A DNA stretch of 64,000 nt from Octopus sinensis. Lineage: Eukaryota. The notes below the pieces were generated by a model. That model saw nothing but the letters and a program-made list of their open reading frames with translations. It ran no database searches and was not told where the DNA came from. The stretch lies in contig NC_043014.1 of NCBI RefSeq assembly GCF_006345805.1, positions 37,076,001 through 37,140,000 on the forward strand. The letters are read 5' to 3'. Within the stretch, counting starts at the first letter, position 1. Every line of letters starts with the position of its first letter. Positions 1-51,900 of this stretch are shown piece by piece. A program made the translations under genes and the position numbers.

Positions 1-18
1 GTAGTAGTTAGTAAGTAA

Positions 19-117
<99 letters not shown>

Positions 118-145
118 CAGCAGTAGTAGTAGCAGCAGCAGCAGT

Positions 146-200
<55 letters not shown>

Positions 201-220
201 AGTAGTAGTAGTAGTAGTAG
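1..220. repeat. (GTA)n/(GCA)n trinucleotide microsatellite
   Basis: Direct reading; it explains the poly-V/A/T ORFs at 8..329. Confidence 0.97.
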
Positions 221-422
221 TTTCATTACTTTTTTTCTAGCTGTATTCTTCCTCTACAACTTTTGTTTATCATTTTTGAAACTTAAACAAATTCTACCTC
301 TTTCCAGGTGCATGATGACAGAGTACTAACATCATACTAAACTCAGCACTGCAAGCAAAAATGACAACAAAAAATCATACCCAAGTTGGACTTAATACAA
401 ATAAAAGACCACACCACAGTAC

Positions 423-41050
<40,628 letters not shown>

Positions 41051-42915
41051 GCTTTCGAACAGCAACAAAAACACGCCGCAGTCAGCAGTGAATGCTACCT
41101 GCATCTTCAATTGGCAGAAAATTCGTCTGGAAGCAGCCGCTGCATTACAAATTAAAGGTGCTTTCAACATTAGGTTATTTTCTTCTCGGTAACTGTAATA
41201 ATTATTATAGTATAGTTGTCCTTTCAAAAAATATTTGGATCTTTTCGGTTTGAACGGCAGTTTTTTTAAAATAATTTCCACGTAACTAAACCCGGCAAAA
41301 CAATTAGAAGCATTGGAAAAAAAAAAGCAAAACAACCTTAAGGACAGTCAAACATTTTTTTTTTTTTTCCAAAGTAGACCATTACCGGCGATAATTCACT
41401 TGTGTTTACTTTGAATAACTACGGCAAACTTCGTTAACCATTCAGCTATGCTCGTTCTCTTTCACCTGGAATTTAACCCCTGACCAACCCTAAATTATTA
41501 GACATTTTGGTCGTGGCCATCCCGCTTTGTTGTAAATCCAATACTGCATTGTTCAGTTTGACTTTAAAAAAAAATTCGGCTGCTATTTCTAACAGCTCGG
41601 TGGAAGATATCTCTTGACCGAAGTTGTACAAGGTCTGTATTTGCGCATTGTTTTCAGTTTCTCCAAAGAGCCAACTGAACTCTCGTCTTTAACTTCAGCT
41701 GAACAGTTCCCAGTCCCAAGACTGCCCTGGTCGTGCAGACCCGATCAAAGGAGTTTATTTTTAACCAGACGTAAAGTAACCCTTTACTTCATAGAAATGC
41801 TGTATTTCTACGTGGGGGAAATTTGGTTACTATAAGTTTACATTGAAGAGACTTGGTCGTTGACAGGAGCCTCATAAGTTAACACAGTGAACCATTTCAT
41901 ACGAGGCAATTAGTGTTATCTTCGTCTGTGATCTGTCACTGTACTACCCTTCCTCTATCTGCCTGGCAACTAAATTCTGACCCCACGTTGTTGGCTTGTC
42001 ACCAGTAACCGATTTTCCTGTTGAAGCCTACAGTAAAATTACCTTGTTGGGGAGGGGTTAAGCCAATTTTTTAAAACTTTTTTTTGAATTTTCATGCTGC
42101 AGTTTGCCGTAGCTATTCAAAGTAAACACAAGTGAATTGTCGCCTGTAGTGGTCTACTTTGAAAAAAAAATGTTTGACTGGTTGTTTTGCTTTTTTTTCA
42201 ATGCTTCTAATTGTTTTGTAACGGAAAAAAAAAAAACGCAATTGTCTTTAAAATAATATACACCGTATATCGTTGAAAAATATTTCCTAAGCTTCAGTAG
42301 GGGCTCGCTATTAACTTAGTTTTTGCAGTGTTGTGCCAATCAGCTCATTTGCATACGCAAGTCGCTGTAGGATCAACTACCTACGACTGGCTAGCGCGGA
42401 TGCGCGCACCGGGTCCAGTCTACGCGACTAGTACCAAACAATAATATGCCTAAATCGGTCTAGAGTGGGATATGAGGGTACGTGTGGAGTGTGGGTCGTA
42501 TTGTAAAAATTTGCGAAATATTTTTTCATAAAAGGATGCCCCAGCTAGTCGGAGGCTGTGATATAAATTGGGGAAAAAATCCTCGACACCAGTGCGTAAT
42601 TGGTAATTAATTTATCGACCACGAAACGATGAAACATTGATCCCCCAGACAAAAGTATTAAGTCGATTCTATCGACACTAGTGCGAACTCACGAACGTGT
42701 ATATATGCTTGTGTGTAATAAACTAGGTCGTTAAGAAAATCTCTGTTGGAGACGGCAGTTATATTTATACTGAGAGGTAATGTTTATCGCCATTTAAATG
42801 TGAGTGCCCTTCGAACAGACGATACTGCGCTTTGCACTCTATATTGCAAACAGAGATCGAACTATCTACTACTCTGGCTCGGAGATTCCTACACCGGTGA
42901 CATAACAACAAAATT
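41051..42915. promoter_or_regulatory. Divergent (head-to-head) promoter and 5' UTR interval
   Basis: Lies between the GPATCH1 ATG (minus) and the ankyrin-gene ATG (plus); CpG-richer than the introns. TSS positions not determined. Confidence 0.55.
41237..42218. mobile_element. Decayed fold-back element related to the GGATCTTTT family, in the divergent promoter
   Basis: Terminus GGATCTTTTCGGTTTGAACGGCAG at 41237; inverted arms 41296-41430 and 42101-42218. Confidence 0.65.
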
Positions 42916-45886
42916 ATGGGTGACGTTATTGGTAAGGTGTTAATTTTCTTAATTTAAACTTAATTTAAACTTTTTATGTAGCAATGGAATTATATGGTTA
43001 GTGTTTTTGGGTGGGCTCTTCTGCTAGTATATGTAATACTGGTTTTATATATGTACGAGGGGCGTTCAATAAGTAATGCCCCTGAGCCACTTCCCATAGC
43101 AGTAGAGCAACGAAACTTGGCACAGTTATTAGTCTTTTTCTACATAGGAACCACCCAGAGTTACGCATTTCTCCCATTGTTTGATGCAGCTCTGGAGACC
43201 GTTTTTGTAGAAGACCCCAGCTTGGTCCTCCAACCTGAACGTGACTTCAGAAATCAAGGCTGCATCATCTCGGAAACGCTTTCCTTTCAAAAACAACTTC
43301 ATGACTGGGAAGAGGCGAAAATCAGAGGGTGCAAGGTCAAGAAAGTAGGGGAATGGGGGAGGAGTTCATAGCCATACGCCTGTGCTTCTGATCTGGCGAC
43401 AAGCGAGTTGTGGACCGGAGCGTTGTCTTGCAGGAGGAGGATGCCTTTGCTGATCTTGCCCCGCCTCTTGATTTTGATAACTTCTCTTAATTTCCTCAAA
43501 AGTGAAGCATGATAGGCTCCTGCAATTGTGGTACCCTTTGCCAAGAAATCTGTCATCACTACTCCGTCCTGGTCCCAGAAGACTGTGAGCATGACCTTGC
43601 CAGCGGAGGGCTGCACCCTTGCCTTCTTTGGAGGAGGGGAGTCACGGTGCTTCCACTGCATTGACTGGGCTTTGGTCTCTGGATCATCGTGATGGACCCA
43701 GGTTTCATCCTGTGTAATCAGTCTTTTGAAAAATTTTGACTCATCTTCTTGGCACATCTCCAAATTCACCCTCGAGCACTCGACGCGTTCTTGCTTCTGG
43801 AAAGGCGTGAGCAACCTGGGAATCCATCTGGCAGACACCTTTTGCATATGCAAATGGTCATGAATGATAGTTTCCACAGACCCGGTACTAATCTTGACCT
43901 CATGGGCTATTGGCGAATAATTATGCGTCGATCTTCCAAAATGGCAGCCTCAACTTGACGGACAGATGCCTCATCAATGGCAGAAGGGACGACCAGATCT
44001 GGGAGCTGTTTCCACAGAGTTCCGACCATGTTTGAATTCACGATGCCAGCGTTTTACAAGGTCATATGATGGGGCATCATCACCATAAGTTACTTTCATT
44101 TCATCAAAAGTCTCCCGTGGTGTGCGTCCTTTCAAATACAAAAACCGGATCACTGCTCGACACTCAACAGGCTCCATTTCACACTTGACTCGGTTCAAAC
44201 ACCTGTAAATCAGAAACCACAATTAATTCAGAGCTGTAATTTGCCACTTACTCTATAGAGATATAAATGATTGCACATGCAAAATTTCAGCTAGATCAAA
44301 CAAACAACTGCAAGTGGGTCAGAGGCATTACTTATTAAACGTCCCTCGTATGTTGATTCGCTAGCCTCTGCACGCATTTTTTTCTCTCCTTGTTTCTTTC
44401 TGTGTTTCTTTTCTGTGTATCTTTCTGTTGAAGAGCATAGGCTCGAAACGTAAAAGACTTGTTTTATTTATATTCCTGAGCGCCATACTAATACAATTGT
44501 TTGTTTGTATTCCACCTGCCTTCGTCTTTTGTTTATTTTCATAAAGCTTCCCGTTATATATATATATATATACGCGAGAAAGAAGCAACAAGAATGGATA
44601 GGTTTTTAGTACGATCGTTTCATACAAGGACAGGTTTTATTAAAAGTTGCAAAGATTACAGCATATAAACGAGTCCCGTACTCATCAGCTAAAATACATG
44701 TAAGTTCTCTAGACATCCTAGTGTTTGAGGCTATACTCATGAAGTAATGTAGATAATTAAACAGATTTCTAAAGTTCATTAAAGTTCTTTAAAGATGATG
44801 TACAGTCTTATCACAGAATTTTAAAAAAGTTTTGATAGCATCACAGAGAAGGTGACCTAATCCATATGAATTTCCATAGATATGATGAGGGATTATATAC
44901 TCACAGAAGACAAATTTATCCATTGTTAATTACAACGAGGTGGGTCTCAATTCCTGCTTATTAGCATTACAGAGAGGGTGAATTTATCTTTGTATATATG
45001 CACAGATTCCAATGGTGTAGATGTAAATTTCCAGAGAAATGGAGATGAATTTCATATTCACAGGCGATAAATTTTACAATGGTTGAACACAATGAGGTAG
45101 GTATCAATCCTTGTTATATGATTAGGTATTTGCCACATTAATCACATTACTGCTATTCACAAGAGGCTGTAGCTACAGCCTCTTGTGAATAGCAGTAATG
45201 TGATTAATGTGGCAAATACCTAATCATATAACAAGGATTGATACCTACCTCATTGTGTTCAACCATTGTAAAATTTATCGCCTGTGAATATGAAATTCAT
45301 CTCCATTTCTCTGGAAATTTACATCTACACCATTGGAATCTGTGCATATATACAAGGATAATTCACCCTCTCTGTAATGCTAATAAGCAGGAATTGAGAC
45401 CCACCTCGTTGTAATTAACAATGGATAAATTTGTCTTCTGTGAGTATATAATCCCTCATCATATCTATGGAAATTCATATGGATTAGGTCACCTTCTCTG
45501 TGATGCTATCAAAACTTTTTTAAAATTCTGTGATAAGACTGTACATCATCTTTAAAGAACTTTAATGAACTTTAGAAATCTGTTTAATTATCTACATTAC
45601 TTCATGAGTATAGCCTCAAACACTAGGATGTCTAGAGAACTTACATGTATTTTAGCTGATGAGTACGGGACTCGTTTATATGCTGTAATCTTTGCAACTT
45701 TTAATAAAACCTGTCCTTGTATGAAACGATCGTACTAAAAACCTATCCATTCTTGTTGCTTCTTTCTCGCTTATAATCACCCCACATTACTGTATTGTTA
45801 AATCAGTATAGTTTTTTTTGGTGCATCTAAGTTAGGTACCATATTCAAGTAAATTTTTCTAAAATTAACTTGAATCTTATTGCTCT

Positions 45887-45930
<44 letters not shown>

Positions 45931-48900
45931 GTTTATATATTTGTTGTGCAAGATTTTTTATGTGAAGTCGTGTGTTGAAACAGATATTGTTATATTTCGG
46001 AATTGGTCATTTTGCCAGTTTAGCCAATAAAAACACACGCACTATATATTTGGTGTTACTTAGCTTCAGTGTTATTTACTTTTTACATTAATCTTAATCT
46101 TATTTCGGCCAGAGCTCTTTCGTCACACTCCTGTGCCCGCATCAGTGGTCCTTTGTTCTTACTAAAAATAACAAAATAAGAATAAACAAAAACAACAAAA
46201 AAAACAAATTACATGAACGTATATAAACAGAAGATACAAATATTACAGGCATCCCCCCCACACACACTAAATAAACATAGACGCACATCTCTCTATATAT
46301 AACGGCAGTTTGTCTGTGCGTGTTTCTGTGTGTCTGTTTGCTTGTACCCTCACCCTGACCACGGCTTTCAACCGATTCTGATGAAACTTGACACACACAT
46401 AGCACAATGTCATAATTCAAAACTAACGCAGAGAAAATTTTGAAAAGTTCCCCCAGTTCTGAAAAAAATCGATAAATTCGACATGGGGTCAAGAATCAGA
46501 AACACAAACCGCAAACTGTCTAGGGGACGCAACTCCACCTTTTTTTACTCTCAAAAAAAATTTACCATCATTTTTTTCCATTTTTTTGCTATTTTTTGGC
46601 TATAACTCTCTAAAAATGCTTTATAGTTATTTCCCTTACAAACTTGAGCAACGCCGGGCGATACTGCTAGTAGAGATATAAGCATGCGCAAATGAAGACA
46701 TACAATAGAAATACAAAATGGCTGACGGTTAGTAAGGAGAGACACAAACAAATAAGAAAGAAGAAAACAAAGGACCACTGATGCGGTCACAGGAGAGTGA
46801 AGAAAGAACTCTGGCCGAAATAAGATGAAGATTAATGTAAAAAATAAATGACACTGAAGCAAAGTAACACCAAATATAAATTTCCAAGCAGAAAACATAA
46901 TCGAAGTTTATGCATCGCTAGTCAATGTTTTTTTTAACTAACCACTAAAGAGGAGAAAAGGAGGGACTATACAAAGCATTTTATGAATTTCAAAAGGAGG
47001 GACCATAGATAAAATCAGTTTTTGCTCTAAAACCACCTTTAAAAAGTGCTAAAAGTATATGATCAGTCTTTTTAAGATCTTTAGAACCCCAAAACAGTGG
47101 ACATGGTGGGCCGTCACCCTGTCCTTTTTTTTTTTTTTTTTGCAGAAACCCACATCGCCGGGTCGGCGCTCCTTTAGAAACGCACCGCTCCAAGAAAATA
47201 AAATGCAATTTTAAAAAAAGCTTTTAAAATGGAAAATATGTACAAGATAAATGATGTAAGCAAAAAAATTAGAAAGATTCATCCATTTTTAAATATTTTA
47301 TACTAAAAAATAAAACAGGAATGGGAAACGGGCACTGGTGAATACAAACACGTCGGACGATACAAGGGGCGGTAATTTACTTTTACCAATCAGGTATTAT
47401 TAATGATACGAGGGAACCGACAATATCGTCTGCAAATTGTAAGAAGGCCGTTTCACAACCTGTCTCTTGAAATTCAATTTAGATTTCGACCGACGGATTT
47501 AAAAAATAATTTTTTGTAACTAAACACTTTCAAACTTCGGACACTGGTAGAATGTGTTTATAAAACATCAATTTCTCTTGGCTTTACTGAGAAAATTCTA
47601 TAGTTTGTAAGATATTTGTTGTTGTTTTTTTCTGCAATTTCAACAAATCAATGACGTCTATTGAGGTGAAAACATTCTGTGCTATATGAATATGTTCCTC
47701 GTTTAAGAAACAGATTGGGTTTATTTACATTTCTGAAGAAAAAAAAGATACCCTTCCCCCCACCCCTAAAACATTGAAATGCAATAGATCGATACTAGGG
47801 TCATAATTATGGGTGACAATTTCATATGACACCGCTAGAAAAACTGCTGTTCAAACCGAAAAGATCCACGTCTTTTTTTCTTAGCATTTTAGAGAACAAC
47901 TTATATTTACGAAGTTATTTCACGTTAAAGTTGTCCTATTTCGGCAATTTCAACCAATCAATGATGTGTATTCAGCTGAATAAAATTACTGCTGTTGATT
48001 GTCAACAACAACTATCGGCGGTGTATTTTTCTTTGTCACATTTATGACATCGTTCGTGCATTGTAGAAAGGAAAAATAGCAGGAACACGAATCTCCGAAC
48101 AAATAATAATAATAATTTATTTTCGCCGAAATAAGCATTTCATCTCTGGATATCGGTAGCCTAGGCGCCTGGGGTGGAAACAGCAGAGTCGGTTTAAATC
48201 ACAATTGTTGAAAGCATTCTTCACAGCTCACCAAGTCTATTTGCCTTCACAAAGAGCTTGTCTGGTCACGTCTGTTTCTCTCGACAGCAGGAAGCAAAAA
48301 TAAAGAATAGTGGTAAAAGCTAGCTACTGCTGATTACTGCGCATGTGCATAAGGGACTTCCGGCTGGCCTTCCGGAAGACACTAATCCTTTCACATGCAC
48401 TGATGAACATCCCAAAATGGCGCCTGAAACCTGGCGTCACTACAAGGCTCCCCATTGAGTGTGGAGCACGAGAATATAAAGATTGTAGTGGCACCAGAAA
48501 CAAGATGGCTACTGATCACCCACAAGATGTGTGTACTACTTAAGAAGAGTGGTCCCGGTGTGTGCACTTGTGTACTCGCCATCCGCGCTAACTAGTCGTG
48601 ACTAGTCGATCCCTACAACGACTATGTAGCAAAGTAAATAAAACACAAAATAAATAATTTTTTTACACAAAGTAAATAAAACACAAAGGATCTTTTCCTT
48701 TCGAACGGCAGTTTGTAACATAATTTCTAGGTAACTAAAAAGTTTTAAACTTCGTATACTGGTAGAATGTGTTTATAAAACAACATTTTCTCTTGGTTTT
48801 ATTGAGAAAATTCTATTGTTTGTAAGATATTTCATCTGAAAATCCGAGCATTTCAGCAATTTTAACCAATCGATTACCTCCATTGAACTAAAATCATTTG

Positions 48901-51900
48901 CTGCGTCTAAAACTGAGACAACATCCTGTCACTAACCCTAACTTTTTGTTTCTTAATTGTTAAATCAATTTAATTGTTACACGTGTAAAAAAAACCGAAA
49001 GCAGTGGAAAATAATTAAAACAATTAACAAACAAAATAATTCTATAATTTTATACACGCGCTTTCTGTATGTATACGGAAAGCGTGTGTATAAAATTATA
49101 GAATTATTTTGTTTGTTAATTGTTTAAATTATTTTCCATTGCTTTTGTTTTTTTTTACACGTGTAACAATTAAATTGATTTAACAATTAAGAAAAAAAAA
49201 CATTTAGGGTTAGGTTGAGGGTTAGTGACAGGATGTTGTCTCAGTTTTAGACGCAGCAAATGATTTTAGCTCAAAAGAGAGCATAGGATTGGTTAAAATT
49301 TGAAAAATTAAACTATGTTAAACAAACAAATTACAATTTTCTCAAGAAAGCCAAGAGAAAAAAAATGTTTTATTTTGACTCATTCTACCAGTATACGAAG
49401 TTTTAAAGTGTTTAGTTAACTAGAAATTGTCTGCCGTTCAAAAGGAAAAGATCCAACACAAAAACACAAAGTAAATAATTTTTTTAAACAAAATAAATAA
49501 AACACAAAGTAAGGATCGACTAGTCACGACTAGCTAGCGCAGATGTGTGAGTATGAGAGTGCACACACCGAGACCACTCTTCTTAAGTAGTACCCAAGAT
49601 GTGGCACAAAATATGATAACTCAAAAAGAAATGTAATTACAATATAAATGAGCATGCACAAAAAAAATTTTTTTGTTCCAAAATGTTCAATAACAAAATA
49701 TTGATTTGTCCAGTACACATGAGAACGGTATCGAAATTGATCAAGAATGTAGTTGTTTATTACTATTTCCATCACCTTTGAGAAACTGGAATTAGTTATA
49801 GTTGTTGATAAAGTTGTTGTCGTTATGTATCCATAGGTAGGTCCTCTTCAAACAGATCTACAGCATGAAGGCAGTCAGTTGATTGAATAACTTATGCTCT
49901 TTAGATCCATAGCTCAAAATTTACTATGTCCAAACCTAGCTGATTTATAATTCACAGATCCACAGCTCAAGACATACAATGTCTCCATTGCTCTGATCAG
50001 CAATACTGAGTATTCCACCATGCAAGAGTTAATTGTAACCAGGCCGACTGTAGAAAGCAGAGTAACTCACCTAACTTACAGGCAAAATACTTTGGTTAAT
50101 TGTTTTTTTAGTATTAAGAAGAATATCCAACTACAAATAAGAGCTGCTTTAGAAAGTCTGAAGTTTTCAATGTTTATGTAGTTTCATGTTAGGACAATGT
50201 AAAAACTATTACAGTTTTTACATATTGTTGTTGAGCTCATTTTATCAGTTTCTTTCAACTCTTTATTTTTGTTTCTTTCTCTTACCAGGTCGGGATATTG
50301 AAGGTAATACTTATACTCAGTATGATATTTTATATGAGCTTATTCAGGGTGATAGTAGATGGATTAAACAATGTTTTACACAAAATCCACGTTTGGTAAG
50401 CTGCTCCTTTATTGTTTTCCCCTAATGCATCTATTTATTATTTTATTTTTATGATCAGGTTCACTTCCACCACATGGAACATTGGGCAATTGTCTTTTTG
50501 CTATAGCCCTAGAGCAATCAAATCCTTGTGAGTGGATTTAGTAGACAGAAACTGAAAGACACCCATCCCAATATGTATGTGTGTTTGTGGTTTGTATGCA
50601 TATATGTGTGCATGTTTGTATCTGGACAACAGTTGTAAACAAATAGTTGTTAGTGAATCTTACCATATTTGAAGCAGTGTCCTTCATTCCCTATCTTTCA
50701 TCTTTTGACATCTATTGTCCATGCTGACATGGGTTCTTCTTTATAGACCTATACAGCTATCAGGAAACTTGCCACCAAACATGGGCATTTTGAACACAGA
50801 GTGGTGCTTTCTGTCTAGTGGACTTACAAAGGGATAATTCCCTACGAGTTCCAGATGGCCAAACCATTGTTACTAACCTATACTCCAAACAGCTGGAGCA
50901 GATGTATGCCATTGTATGATAGAAATACCTAGCATTGGTTAAACGACAGTGAGCTTTCCTGCAACAAGACAATGCAGGACCTCACACCACTTGAACAAGC
51001 TAGAATAAATTCTAGGAATTAGAGGGAATTGAACTGATTCCACATCCAGCTTACAGTTTGGACCCAGCTCCCTCAGATTTATTACATTTTTTGCTATCCT
51101 GAAAGTGCATTCTGCCATCCTAAATATCTCCTTAGGCAAAGCTATGCTGGACAAATGAATTGTGGCTCTTGTCTATAATTTCAGCTAACAAACTAATTGC
51201 TGATACATGCTGATATCTACCAAGTGATAATAAATCACAATATGCGCAGTGAAGAACAAGAAACAGAATGATAAGACATATATTCATTCTTAATACATTC
51301 TGGCCGATTCCAGTTTCAATATAGAAATCACAGTTGTATTTCATTGTTGAAGAACTCACTGCAAATGAGTGTGTGTTCATAACAAAAAAAATTAAATTGT
51401 AACTAAATTGTCTGCTTGAATTGTACTATCCTACTTACATTGATTTTAAGAGAAGCTATGAATACTCATTAATTATCAGTTTCATAATTAAATAAATAGC
51501 TTCACTAACCTTTTTGAAAGATCAGATCATTATGAAGTTATAATTTTCACAAGTTCAGCTGCTTCATTTTCTATAAAGAAGCTTTCCCCGACTCTCTTTC
51601 TCTTTGTTGTATACCTTCCCTTTGCATCTAATTTATCTCCTACTGTTCTGATCTTTCTTTTAATATTTTTCCTCATTATCTCACACCCTCTCATATTTAG
51701 CAATTTTGACATGCTTTCACTTTAATCTCTGCAGATTCTTCGAAACAGTGTATGTGGTCTAAGTTACCTGTCTATTGCTTGTCGGCTGGGTGACATAGCT
51801 ACAGTGAAATTGCTGATAGAAAACAATGATCAATGCAATGTAAATGCATCTGATAAAAAAGGCTTTACACCGTTACATTATACTGTGCTTGGGTAAGTTT

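Larger units (their letters stand above)
44574..45770. repeat. Near-perfect 1197-bp palindrome (no spacer, centre 45172/45173)
   Basis: Arms of about 598 bp with only a few differences; centre GGCTGTAG|CTACAGCC. Confidence 0.97.

Noticed and set aside
46267-46921. Outer Helitron ending at the second hairpin-CTAG-T (46918-46922)
   Set aside because: No 5' TC terminus found, and the interval is better explained by the inverted arms at 46045 and 46761.
49205-49225. Interstitial telomere
   Set aside because: Only two or three imperfect TTAGGG units, inside a MITE arm.
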